From Mobula hypostoma (Eukaryota): a stretch of DNA of 64,000 bases. Made by a program: the position numbers and the translations under genes. Where the stretch lies: positions 110,300,001-110,364,000 of the forward strand of contig NC_086097.1 of NCBI RefSeq assembly GCF_963921235.1, written 5' to 3'. The notes beneath the pieces are model-generated. The model searched no databases. It was given only the letters and a program-made list of their open reading frames with translations, and was not told the origin of the DNA. Positions 1 to 12,169 of the stretch are shown one piece after another (the first letter of the stretch is position 1; every line of letters starts with the position of its first letter).

Positions 1-632
1 GAACATGTCGCGTCCTTTTCAAGGCAGTTAGTCCACCCTTGGTCCCCACCTGGCACTCAGCTCTCACCTGTGGCTCCTCGTAGCTATTTGCATGCGACGG
101 CTTCGACAAGCCGGCTAAACCAGGTGAGGGTAGCCAACAGGTCTCAAACCCTCGGTGAGATAGGGAGTTGTCTATCCCAGCATGTGAAGACAAACTCCGG
201 CAGATTGAGCGGACGAGACCAAGGGAAGTTCCGACGTTTAAGAAGGCGGTCTCTGAAAGTGTCGTGGAACGTGTAGAGCATGACAAGACACAGAAGACAT
301 CCTAGTCATCCACTGCGCCTAGTCCCATCTCCAGCTGTCTAGACTCTTGTCTTGCCACTGGATCCAGATGGAAATTGGGAAGAGAGAGTGAGACTGACAC
401 TGCACAGCTCTCCCTCACTTAAATCCAAATCAAGCGCTAGTCTCGACATCATCATAATAAGCCGGCTGGGCATAGTGGCATCAGTGCTGGACTTCCAGGC
501 GAAAGGTCTCGAGTTTGAATCCGGCCGGATCCCATGCACGCTGTCCATCCGTGCTGGGTTGAGCGTCGAGCTAGCAACTCAACCTCGTAAAAAGTACTAA
601 TGGTGTCGAGGTCTTCATTGATGATGATGGAG
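1..632 (+). mobile_element. RTE-derived non-autonomous element/SINE, with its 3' tail split by a tRNA-SINE
   Basis: Non-coding and resembles RTE 5'UTR+3'tail SINEs as recalled (…ctcacttaaatccaa…). The tail stem ctcgacatca (443-452)/tggtgtcgag (601-610) is separated by the SINE at 460-597 and ends in (gat)n. Confidence 0.5.
460..597 (+). mobile_element. tRNA-derived SINE (truncated)
   Basis: A-box-like tgggcatagtgg and B-box-like gagtttgaatcc. The body gggttgagcgtcgagctagcaactc is shared with the copy at 38457-38700. Confidence 0.65.
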
Positions 633-639
633 GAACCTT

Positions 640-3560
640 ATCTCAAAAAGGCAAGACACAGGAAAAGTTTTTATTAAATACCTGGTTCATTAGGATCAAT
701 TTAAAGTAGGTATGACTTATACACGTAGGATGGGTTGCACATTATCCTTACAGAGCAGTTTTCTTGTGTTACTCAGGAGGCTTTAAACTGTTGTGGCATG
801 ACATTAGGAACTAATTCAGTAATTCGGCAGGTGGAGATACTGAGAAGGGAGAGTTCAGTCAAGTAAGTCTAATAGCAATAACTAGCATGTCCAAGTTAGT
901 GAGAAAAACAGCACTCTCGAACCAAAGTATTTTTATTTTCATCACAGATAAGGCACATGATCTGGGATTCCCTTAGATGCAGCAAAGGTTGTCAGGTGCA
1001 TCCAGAGAGTTTCGTGAAATAATATGTAGATAGTCCAACAACGGATGATGACACACTCAACCTTATATTGAGAAATGATCCTGGTTAGCTGATCAAAGGA
1101 TCAGTGGAGGAGCAATTTCATACAGCACTCGTGGTTCCATAGATCATTATGGACAAGACTGATCCTCCAGTGAAAATGCAAAATTGGAGGAGATGAGGAA
1201 AATAGATTTGTATAAGTTGTTTGAGGGTATATCCACACCTGACATTTAAATGCCAGCTGATCAGAGTTCAAGGCCAGCATGTTTTTGTGAAGGTGAAACA
1301 TAGGCATGACAAGGTATGGAAAACTTGACTGACAAGAGATTCTGTAAATGTCATGGTCCGGATCGGGGTCCCTTTAAATTTACCTTGTTTATGTTACGAT
1401 CCAGACTGTTGATTCCCTGTTTTCCCGTGTCCCTTGGCTTTGGTGATTAGAGGCAATTAGCGCCTGGCTGAACCGGTAGTTTATAGTCTCCGGCTTTCAG
1501 CTGTTCGGCGCGGGAGCGTCTGCAAAGTCATCAAAGGTACAGTGTGCCGATGTCATCTGGCCGGAGCAAGCCTAGTCTCTGCCGAAGCGAGTGCCGGTAA
1601 TTCGCCCTTCCTCACCGGAGAAACGCAGTCCAGTTACCTCGCTGAAATGAGCCTGCAAAGTTTCCTCATCAAGGTGAGTCCGTCAGTTAACCCGCCGGAG
1701 AGAATCAGGAGCCGCTGTCTACTGTTCCCGGGCCGAGTCGAGAGCTCACCACTACCCGGAGGCTCCAAGTCAAGTCCTGGCTCCAGGGGCATTCAAGTAC
1801 CAAGTCAAGTCCTGGCCCTGGCAATCTGTGATTTCTGTCCTACCCCCCTGTCTGAATGCCTTCTCTGACCCTCTCGCCTCTAGCCCTCGTCTGCAGCCCT
1901 CGCCTGCACCTCGGTCTAGTTCTATTGCCGGAGCTAGATAGGTACTGTCTGGTGTTCTTTCGTGTTGGTCTTGTCTTGTCCTTGCCTCCGTGGGGTAGGT
2001 CAGACCCTCTGGCCGTTGCCCCACGAGGGGGGTCATGTCTTGTCTTGTCTGGTCCTTGCCTCCATGGGGTAAGTCTGGCCGTCTTGCCGTTGCCCTGCGG
2101 AGAGTCATGTCTTGTCTCCTCTTGTCCATGCCTCCGTGGGGTAAGTCAGGCCATCTTGCCGTTGCCCCGCGGGGGGGTTCATGAGTCCTGACCCTATGTC
2201 CTGTACCCAAGGAGGGGTCCCGGCTCTCTGTTCTGTTTGTGAGTCCTGGCCCTATGTCCTATACCCAAGGAGTCTTGACTCTGTGTTCTGTGTATGTGTC
2301 CACGGTTCCATGTACCTGCTCTCCGAGATCGAGACTCTGTTTTCCATGTTCCTCCTCTCCCTAGCCCATGTCATGTCTATGTCTGGTTCTGGGGTCCGAG
2401 CCCGAGGCAAGACCCAGGTACTGGGTCCTTGCCCAGTCTCGGGCTCGGAATCCATACCCTAGCCTCTTCATGTCTCCTCTAGTTCCGGGATCCGATTCTG
2501 AGTCCAAGCCCAGACCCTTGGTCCCAGCCTTGTCGTAGTCCTGAGTCCTTGTCCAGTTCACTATTCCTGCTCCTGCCTTGCTCTCCTGGTATCGAACAAT
2601 AGACTAAATCTAAGTAACCTCACAAGATGTGTCTTGCATTTGGGTCCACCCTTGCTCCCAATGCCCCCGCCAATGTGACAGTAAATTTAGTCAAAAAATG
2701 AAAGGAAGCAAAAATCAGAAGAGACCCTTGAAGAACATAAAGGAAAGCACTTAGGATTTGGTACCATGAATTGCTGTTAGCAAGTAAGATTAAGGCGAAT
2801 TCCAAGGCATTTTATATGGATATTTGGAGCACGCACATAGCTAGGAAAAGAGTAGTTCCACTGAAGGACTAAGGAGGGAATTTAAGTGTAGAGACAGAGG
2901 AAATGGGTGAAGTCATTAATGAATACTTTGCATCAGTATTCACCAAGACCTAGATGGTGATGAGATTAGGGGGTCATGTGCTGATATTCTACGACGTGTC
3001 AATATTAGGAAGGAGGAGGAGCAATATTGATAAGCATTAAGGTGAGTCAGCAGGGCCTTATAGAATCTATCCCTGGATGCTAAGGAAGGCAAGGAACATT
3101 ATTGGGACTTGGCAGAAATCTTCGTATCCTCTTTAGCCACAGACAAAGTCCAAGGAGACTAGAGAATTGCCAGTGTTGTCTTTTTGTTTAAAAAGGACAA
3201 CAGAGAAAAACCAGGAAATTATAGACTAATGGCCCTTACTTCAGTTCTAGGGAAATTAGTGGAAGAGATTCTTAGGGGCAGGATTTACTCATATTTGGAA
3301 AAACATGGACTTATTAGGGAAAGTTGGGATGATTTTGCATGTGGGATATCCTGTCTCAAAAATATGATTGAGTTTTAAAGGAAGTGATGGAGATGATTGA
3401 GGAAGGTGCCCCATTGGATGTTGTCCTTGGGTCTCCATGGACCCCTCATTTAATAGTAGAGGCCTATGGCAGAAAAAAGTAGGGAACTCCTGATATAGAA
3501 GCTTCGCTCATATGCAATCCACAGTAAATTGGTAAATTGGATAGAAAATTGGCTTGATCA
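640..3560 (+). mobile_element. Decayed CR1 LINE (ORF1 end/ORF2 EN-RT), interrupted by a solo LTR
   Basis: ORF 3184-3378 FKKDNREKPGNYRLMALTSVLGKLVEEI is a CR1-type RT motif. The frame is broken elsewhere. Confidence 0.8.
1349..2680 (+). mobile_element. Solo LTR (1332 bp), copy 1
   Basis: TGTCA...TGACA termini and a perfect 5-bp TSD GTAAA (1344-1348, 2681-2685). Contains internal tandem repeats and is homologous to 56848-61154. Confidence 0.9.
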
Positions 3561-3958
3561 TAGAAATTACTTCAGAAATTACCTCGGTTTACCCATAGCC
3601 CTCTATTTTTCTAAGCTCCATGTACCTATTCTGGAGTCTCCTAAAGGACCCTATTGTATCTGCCACCACCACTATCGCCGGCAGCCCATTCCACGTACTC
3701 ACCACTCTCCACGTAAAAGACTTACCTTTGACATCTCCTCTGCACCTACTTCCAAGCACCTTAAAACTATGTCCACTTGTGTTAGTCATTTCAGCCTTGG
3801 GAAAAAGCCTCTGACTATCAGCACGATCAATACCTTTCATCATCTTATACACCTCTGTCAGGTCACCTCTCATCCTCCGTCTCTCAAAGAGAAAAGGCAA
3901 AGTTCACTCAACCTATTCTCTTAAGGCTTGCTCGCCAATCCAGGCAACATCCTTGTAA

Positions 3959-5062
3959 ACAACACACACAAAAGTGGCAGCAGGCCAGGCAGCATCTCTA
4001 GGAAGAGGTACAGTTGACGTTTCAGGCTGAGACCCTTCGTCAGGACTAACTGAAAGAAGAGCTAGTAAGAGATTTGAAAGTGGGAGGGGGAGGAGGAGAT
4101 TTGAAATGATAGGAGAAGACAGGAGGGGGAGGGATAGAGCCAAGAGCTGGATAGTTGATTGGCAAAAAGGATATAGGAGAATCATGGGACAGGAGGACTA
4201 GGGAGAAGAAAAGGGGGAGAGGCGGAAAAAAACCAGAGGATGGGGAAGGGGTACAGTGAGAGGGACAGAGGGAGAAAAAGGAGAGAGAAAAAAAGAATGT
4301 GTGTATATAAATAAATAACAGATGGGGTACGAGGGGGAGGTCAGGCATTAGCGGAGGTTTGAGAAGTCAATGTTCATGCCATCAGGTTGGAGGCTACCCA
4401 GACGGAATATAAGGTGTTGTTCCTCCAACCTGAGTGTGGCTTCATCTGTACAGTCGAGGAGGCTGTGGGTAGACATATCAGAATGGGAATGGGACGTGGA
4501 ATTAAAATATGCGGCCACTGGAAGATCCTGCATTCTCTGGCCGACAGAGCGTAGGTGTTCAGCGAAACGATCTCCTAGTCTGCATCGGGTCTCACCAATA
4601 TATAGAAGGCCACATCGGGAGCACCGGACTCACCCAGCTGACTCACAGGTGAAGTGTCCCCTCACCTGGAAGGACTGTCTGGGGCCCTTAATGGTAGTGA
4701 GGGAGGAAGTGTAAGGGCATATTTAGCACTTGTTCCACTTACAAGGATAAGTGCCAGGAGGGAGATCGGTGGGGAGGGATGGGGAGGACGAATGGACAAG
4801 GGAGTCGCGTAGGGAGCGATCCCTGCGGAAAGCAGAGAGAGGGGAGGAGGGAAAGATGTGCTTAGTAGTCGGATCACGTTGGAGGTGGCGGAAGTTATGG
4901 AGAATTATATGTTGGACCAAGAGGCTGGTGGGGTTGTAGGTGAGGACAAGGGGAACTCTATTCCTAGTGGGGTGGCGGGAGGATGGAGTGAGAGCAGATG
5001 TGCATGAAATGGGGGAGATGCGTTTGAGAGCAGAGTTGATGGTGGAGGAAGGGAAGCCCCTT
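3959..5062 (-). mobile_element. 5'-truncated Penelope-like element (Neptune type)
   Basis: Near-identical to the 3' part of 56909-59859 (GIY-YIG C-terminus LQPDGMNIDFSN). Flanked by the direct repeat TCCTTGTAA (3950-3958, 5063-5071). Confidence 0.9.
4012..4047 (-). ncRNA. Minimal hammerhead ribozyme motif in PLE terminus
   Basis: Minus strand reads AGUC-CUGACGA-AGG-GUCUCAG-CCU-GAAAC-GUC-AACU, with one stem I mismatch. Confidence 0.7.
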
Positions 5063-6719
5063 TCCTTGTAAGCAGAACAAGTGCTACACATGCCCTTACA
5101 CTTAACCACACAGTCACCTATCCAGCAGCTCTGAGTGTCCTATGGACTCGGACCCCAAAATCCCTCTGATCCTCCACACTGCCAAGAGTCTTATCATTAA
5201 TACTATATTCTGCCATCATATTTGACCTACCAAAATGAACAACCTCACATTTATCTGGACTGAACTCCATCTGCCACTTCTCAGCCCAGTTTTGCATCCT
5301 ATCAATGTCCCGCTGTAACCTCTAACAACCCACCACGCTATCCACAACATCCCCAACCTTTGTGTCATCAGCAAATTTACTAACCCATCCCCCCACTTCC
5401 TCATCCAGGTCATTTATAAAAATCACAAAGAGAAGGGGTTCCAGAACAGGTCACTGAGGCACACCACTGGTCATCAGCCTCCATGCAGAATATGACCTGT
5501 CCACCACCACTCTTTGCCTCTGTGGGCAAGCAAGTTCTGGATCTACAAAGCCATATCCCCTTGAATCCCATGCCTCCTTACTTTCTCAATAAGCCTTGCA
5601 TGGGATCCCTTATCAAATGCCTTGCTGAAATCCATATACACTACATCTACTGCTCTACCTTCATCAGTGTGTTTAGTCACATCCTTAAAAAATTCAATCA
5701 GGCTCGGAAGGCATGACCTGTCTTTGACAAAGCCATGCTGACTATTCCTAATCATATTATGTCTCTCCAAACGTTCGTAAATCCTGCCTCTCAGGATCTT
5801 CTCCATCAACTTACCAACCACTGAAGTAAGCAATCAGTGATCTATAATTTCCTGGGCTACCTCTACTCCCTTTCTTGAATAAGGGAACAACATCTGCAAC
5901 TCTCCAATCCTCTAGAACCTCTTCCATCCCCATTTATGATGCAAGTATCATTGCCAGAGGCTCAGCACTCTCCTCCCTCACTTCTCACAGTAGCCTGGGG
6001 TATATCTCGTCCGGTCCTGGTGACTTATCCAACTTGATGCTTTCCAAAACCTCCGGACATCCTCTTTCTTAATTTCTATATGCTGAAGCTTTTCAGTCCA
6101 CTGTAAGTCTTCCCTACAATCACCAATGTCCTTTTCCGTAGTGAATACTGAAGCAAAGTATTCATTAAGTACCTCCACTAGCTCCTCTGGTTCCATACAC
6201 ACTTTTCCATTGTCACACTTGATTGGTCCTATTCTCTCACGTCTTATCCTCTTGCACTTGACATACTTGTAGAATGCCTTGGGGTTTTCCTTAATCCTGC
6301 TCACCAAGGCCTCCTCATGGCCCCTTCTGGCTCTCCTAATTTCATTCTTAAGCTCCTTCCAGCTAGCCTTTTAATTTTCAAGATTTCTATCATCACCTCG
6401 TCAAAGACATCATCAAAGCAAAAGAGAGGGCATATAATATAGCAGAAATTAATGGGAAGGTAGACAATTAGGTGTTAGTCACCCGATGTACACCCTGTGT
6501 CACTTTATGGGCATACAATCAATCTATGTGTGCAAGCTATCTTATGTTTTTATATTTAATGTATTTTTTTTTCGTGTTTATTATCTTATTGTATTTATTT
6601 TTATGCTGCACCAGATCTGGAATTATTTCAATTATAGCAATTATTTTGTTTTCTTTTACACATGTATACAGGAAATTGCCTTAAACAATTGTGAATTTTG
6701 AATCTTCAAAATTGAATCC

Positions 6720-7097
6720 ACCGAATGGATCAATTTGCAGAACATTCAGGGAAAGCAAAAGCTGGGAGCTTACATTTCATGATAAACTCTTCATAGTGCT
6801 TGGTTGTACTCTTTTCTTGTTGCACTCTTTTCCTCCTGACCTGGGACATTTATCGGTTAAGTGCCATCAGTTGCACTTACTGAGAGAGTTCTCCTCCATG
6901 ATCCTGACCACGATTCGCATACCACCAAAGGCAGATGTTAAGCAAGCACTCGATGTAATGAGTGCTTCGATTATCAAGCCTACCTTGATGCCTTTCGAAT
7001 CAATGGAGTTCAATCAGGCTTGCTGAAAAAATCTCTGTCCAATTATCATCAACATATCACCTGCAGGACTAGGGGGTCCCAAAACACTGGACCATTG
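6720..7097 (-). mobile_element. Old Penelope-like (Poseidon-type) RT fragment
   Basis: Manual minus-strand translation gives GTP*SCR*YVDDNWTEI, then LNSIDSKGIK, then KHYEEFIMKCKLPAFAF in shifted frames. These are collinear with the recalled Poseidon pattern RYVDDTW...HINSVD.NIKFT...CGYP.WAF. Confidence 0.55.
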
Positions 7098-10035
7098 CTC
7101 AAGTTCAAAATTAAAAGTAAATTTACTATCAAAGTACATAAATGTCACTATATACTGCTCAAAGATTTATTTTCTTGCGGGCATTCACAGTAACTACAAA
7201 GAAACACAATAGAGTCAATGAAAACCCGCACACAACAAAGACAGACAAACAGCAAATCTGCAAAAGACAACAAACTGTACAAATACTAAAAGAGGGGAAA
7301 AGAACAAAATAATGATTAATAAGTATGCAGTAAATATCGAGACCATGATTTGCAGAGTCCTTGAATGTCAGTCCATAGGTTGTGGAACCATTTCAGTGAT
7401 GTGGTGAGTGAAGTTGAGTGAAGTTATCCAGCTCTGGTTCAACAACCTGAAGGATGATGGGAAATAACCATTCTTGAACCTGGTGTGTGGGGCCTGAGGC
7501 TTCTGTACCTCCTTCCTCATGGCAGCAATGAGAAGAGAGCATGGTCTAGATGTTGAATGCTGCTTCCTTGTGGATTTACTCAATGGTGCGGAGGGCTCCA
7601 CCTGTAATGGACTGGGTTGTATCTGTTATTTTTTGTAGGCTTTTCCATCCAAGGGCATTCGTGTTTGCAAACCAGGCCATGATACAACCAGTCAGTTTAC
7701 TATCTACCATGCATCAAAATTGTCAAAGTTTTAGATGACATGCCACATCTTTGCAAACTTCTAACAAACTAGAGGCATTACCATACCTTTTTTTAGTGGC
7801 AATTATGTGCTGGACCCAAGACAGGTCCTCTGAAATGATAACAACGAGGAATTTAAAGTTGCTAACCCTTTCCACCTCTGGTCCTCATGAGGGCTGGCTC
7901 ATGGACCTCTGGGTTCCTCCTCCTGTAGTTAACAATCAGCCTTTTGGTTTGGCTGACTTTGAGTGAGAGGTTGTTGTTGTGACACCACTCAGCCACACTT
8001 GCAATCTCCTTCTATACGCAGATTTGTCACCACCTCTGATTCCGCTAACAACAGTGGTGTTGTCAACAAACTTCAGTATGTCATTGGAGCTGTACATAGC
8101 CTCGCTGTCATAAATATAAAGCGAATAGAGCAGGAGACTGAGCACACAGCCTTGTGGTGCACCTGTGGTGATGGTGATTGTGGAGGAGATGTTAGAGTCA
8201 TGGAGTCATAGAAAGTACAGCACAGATACAGGTCCTTCGGCCTATATAGTGCATGCCGAATAATTTAAACTGCCTACTCCCATCGACCTGCACCGAGACC
8301 ATAACCCTCCATGCCCCTACCATCCATGTCCCTATCCAAACTTCTCAAACATTGCAATCAAGCTCACATGCACCTCTTTCACTGGCTGCTCATTCCACAC
8401 TCTCATAACCCTCTGAGTAAAATGTTTCCCCTCATGTTCCCCTTAAACTTTTCACATTTCACCCTTAACCCATGACCTCTAGTTGTAGCCCCACCCAACC
8501 TCAGTGGAAAAAGCCTGCTTGCATTTGCCTTATCTCTACCAGTCATAATTTTGTATACCTCTATCAAATTCCAAGTAGTAAAGTCTTAACCTATTCAATC
8601 TTTCCACATAACTTTGGTCCTCCAGACCTGGCAACATCCTTGTAAATTTTCTCTGTACTCTTTCAACATATTTTTCCTGTGAACAAAACTGCAGACAGTT
8701 AGGCCTCGCCAATATGTTTTACAACTTCAACATAATATCCCAACTCCTGTACTCTGTACTTCGATTTATGAAGGCCAGTGTGCCAAAAGCTTTCTTCACA
8801 ACTCTATCAGCCTGTGATGCCACTTTCAATGATTTATGGGCCTGTAGAACCACATCCCTTTATTCTACCACACTCCTCATTGCCCTACCATTCACTATAT
8901 AAGACCTACTCTAGATCGTCCTATCAAAGTGCAAAACCTTGTACTTGTCTGCATTAAATTATATCTGCCATTTTCAGTCCTTTTTTCACCCATTGAAAGC
9001 CATGATAATCCTCCTCACTCTTAATAGCACGCTCACCGGCCTTTCTTAAACGGTGGAACAACATAGGCTACCCTCCAATCCTGTGCTACCACACCTGTCA
9101 CTGCGGATGATTTAAATATCTCTGCTAGTGCCCCAACAATTTCTGCACTTCCTTCCCACAGTGTTCAAGGGAACACCTTGACATGCCCTGGGGACTTATC
9201 CACCCTAATTCGCCTCAAGACAACAAACACCTCTTAGTCTGTAATCTGTATCTTCCTCTGTAATCTGTATAGAGTCCAAGAAATCAATGCCATTTTTCCT
9301 TACTTCCATCAACTCTGTATCCATCTCTGGAATAAACACAGATGCAAAATTTAAGATCTCCCCCATCACTTTTGGCTCCACACATGGATCACCATTCTGA
9401 TCTTCCAGAGAAAAATTTTGTCCCTGGCAATCCTTTTATCCATAGAACCCCTTAGGTTTCTCCTTCATCTTGCCTGCTAAGGCAACCTCGTGCCTTCTTT
9501 GACCCCTCCTGATTTCTCTCTTGCATTTCTTACATTCCATAAGAACCTCATATGTTCCTACCTGCCTATATCTGCAATGCACATCCTTTTTCTTTCCTAA
9601 CCAGGACCTCAATATCTCATTAAAACGAAGGTTCCCTACAGCTGTAACATTTTCCTTTTATTCTGAGTTGATCCAGATCACTCTACAGGCAGGAATTGAT
9701 GTTTCATTACCAACCTCTCTAAACACTTCATCACCATGAACATAAGTGCTACTAGGCAATAATCATTGAGACAGGTTACCACGTTCTTGTTGGGCACCGG
9801 TATAATTGAAGCCTGCTTGAACCAGCTGGGTACCTCAGTCTGCCTAGGTGAGAAGTTAAAAGTATCAGTGAACTCTCCAACCAGATGATTAGCACAGGTC
9901 TTCAGAACACAGCCCGGTACCCCAGATGTTTTCTGTGGGTTCACCCTCCTGAAGGATACTCTCATGTCGGTCTCAGAGACGGAAATCACTGGGTGGTTGG
10001 GGGCTGTGGGAGTTCGTGAAGTTGCCTCCAATTTT
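7098..10035 (-). mobile_element. Decayed Rex1/Babar-like LINE, interrupted by a CR1 fragment
   Basis: ORF 7936-8145 (ILKFVDNTTVV, from the KFADD region) and ORF 9678-10031 (IIPVPNKNVVTCLNDY.LVAL). The 3'UTR and tail lie near 7098. Confidence 0.75.
8192..9660 (-). mobile_element. CR1 LINE 3' fragment with internal deletions
   Basis: A CR1-type 3' tail (agagtcatggagtcatag) and decayed ORF2 sequence matching the other CR1 copies in the window. Confidence 0.7.
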
Positions 10036-10059
10036 TGTTACTCAAAGCAAGCAAAAAAG

Positions 10060-11645
10060 ACATTGACTCCATCTGGGAGCAGCAGGGAAGAGTTCGTATG
10101 AGAGATGCATGGGGTCCTTCATAATGCTGTTTGCTTTACGGATGCAGCGTGTGGTGTAAATGTCTCTAATGGCAGGAAGAGAGACCCTGATGATCTCAGC
10201 TGACCTCACTATCCGCTGCAGGGTCTTGCAATCCGAGATGGTGCAATTTCTGAGCCAGGCAGTGATGCAGCTGCTCAGGATGCTCTCAATACAACCTCTG
10301 TAGAATGTGGTGAGGATAGGGGGTGGGAGATGGACTTTCCTCAGCCTTCGCAGAAAGTAAAGACACTGCTGGGCCTTCTTTGCTATGGAGCTGGTGTTGA
10401 AGGACCAGGTGAGATTCTCCGCCAGGTGGACACCAAGAAATTTGGTGCTCTTAACGATCTCTACGGAGGAGTCGTTGATGTTCAGTGGAGAGTGGTCGTT
10501 CCGTGTCCTCCTGAAGTCAACAACCATATCTTTTGTTTTGTTCACATTCAGAGACAGGTTGTTGACTCTGCACCAGTCTATTAGCCGCTGCACCTCCCCT
10601 CTGTATGCTGACTCATCGTTCTTGCCGATGAGACTCATCACGGTCGTGTCATCGGCAAACTTGATGATGTGGTTCGAGCTGTGTGTTGCAGCAGAGTGAA
10701 CAGCAGTGGACTGAGCACGCAGCCCTGGGGGGCCCCCCTGTGTTCAGTGTGATGGTGTTGGAGATGCTGCTTCCAATCCAGACTGACTGAGGTCTCCCAG
10801 TCAGGAAGTCTAGGATCCAGTTGCAGAGGGAGGTGTTCAGGCCCAGTAGGCTCAGCTTTCCAATCAGTTTCTGAGGAATGATTGTGTTGAATGCTGAACT
10901 GAAGTCTATGAACAACATTCGAACGTACGTGTCTTTTTTGTCCAGGTGGGTTAGGGCCAGGTGGAGGGTGATGGTAATGGCATCGTCTGTTGAACGGTTG
11001 GGACGGTACGTAAACTGCAGGGGATCCAGCGAGGGGGGGGCAGCAGGGTCTTGATGTGCCTCATGACAAGCCCCTCGAAACACTTCATGATGATGGATGT
11101 GAGTGCAACGGGACAGTAGTCGTTGAGGCAGGATACTGAAGACTTCTTCGGCACAGGGACGATGGTGGTGGCCTTGCAGCACATAGAAACGACGGCATTG
11201 CTCAGGGAAGTGTTGAAGATGTCATTGAGAATCTCAGCTAGCTGGTCTGCACATCCACTAAGCACTCTACCAGGAATATTGTCTGGTCCAGCAGCCTTCC
11301 GTGGGTTGACCCTGTACAGGGTTCTCCTCACATTGGCCATGGTAAGACACAGCACCTGGTTGTTTGGAGGAAGGGTGGTCTTCCTTGCCGCCACGTCATT
11401 TTCCGCCTCAAAACGAGCGTAGAAGTTATTCAATGCATCTGAGAGGGAGGCATCACCAGCACAGGCAGGTGGTGTTGTCTTGTAGTTGGTGATGTCCTGA
11501 ATGCCCTTCCACATGCGCCGTGTGTCGCTGCTGTCCTGGATGTGGCTGTGGATTCGCTGGGCGTGTGCATGCTTTGCCTCTCTGATGACCCGGGACAGTT
11601 TGGCCCTCACTGTTGTTAGGGCTGCCTTGTCGCCTGTTCCTAAGG
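10060..11645 (-). mobile_element. Rex1/Babar-like LINE RT (frameshifted, 5'-truncated)
   Basis: ORFs 10951-11661 ([25 protein letters not shown]), 10649-11182 ([13 protein letters not shown]) and 10042-10641 (KFLGVHL, LYFLRRLRK). Confidence 0.9.
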
Positions 11646-11742
11646 CGGACTCACGGGTCAATCTGCCATTGGCCTATTGTGACAGTAGCCAAACTGGAGG
11701 AAATTTAACCAAGACAAGTCATATTCTAGTAAGATAAATAGA

Positions 11743-12167
11743 TACAGTGGCCACTTTACTTAGAACCTCCTGTTCCTAATAAAAATGGCTACTGAGTCTA
11801 TGTTCATGGCGTTCTGCTGCTGTAGTCCATCTGCTTGAAGGTTTGATGTGTTGTGTGTTCAGAGATGCTCTTCCGCACACCATTGCTGTAACGCGTGGTT
11901 ATTTGAGTTATTGTCACCTTCCTGTCAGTCATTCTCCTTTGACCTCTCTCATTAACAAGGATTTTTAACCCACATAACTGCCACACACTGGATGTCTTTT
12001 TTTTTGTTTTTTACACCATTTTCTCTAAAATCTGGAGACTGTTGTGCACGAAAATTCCAGGAGATACATAGTTTCTGAGATACTGAAACCACCCATTTCT
12101 GGCACCACAGTAATTCTACAGTCAAATTCACTTAGATCACATTTCTTCCTCATTCTAATGTTTGGTC
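11743..12167 (-). mobile_element. Tc1/mariner-derived non-autonomous DNA transposon
   Basis: TIR-like cagtggccacttta at 11745. ORF 11804-11986 (RGQRRM..RKVTITQITTRY..SISEHT) is a Tc1 transposase HTH remnant. A second copy lies at 62225-62647. Confidence 0.75.
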
Positions 12168-12169
12168 TC

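Larger units (their letters stand above)
3560..6400 (-). mobile_element. CR1 LINE ORF2/3' part, interrupted by a Penelope-like element
   Basis: ORFs 3589-3900 (RRMRGDLTEVYKMMKG), 5543-5833 (VDVVYMDFSKAFDK) and 5978-6307 (IKENPKAFYKY). Confidence 0.85.

Noticed and set aside
1349..2680. LTR pair (with 56848-61154) delimiting one giant element or belonging to the env fossil
   Set aside because: The copies are inverted and each has its own distinct TSD, so they are independent solo LTRs. Nothing links them to the env-like sequence.
6774..7060. Minus-strand host exon (cctgcag|...|gtaagc)
   Set aside because: All three frames have stops, and the sequence is better explained as a Penelope RT remnant.
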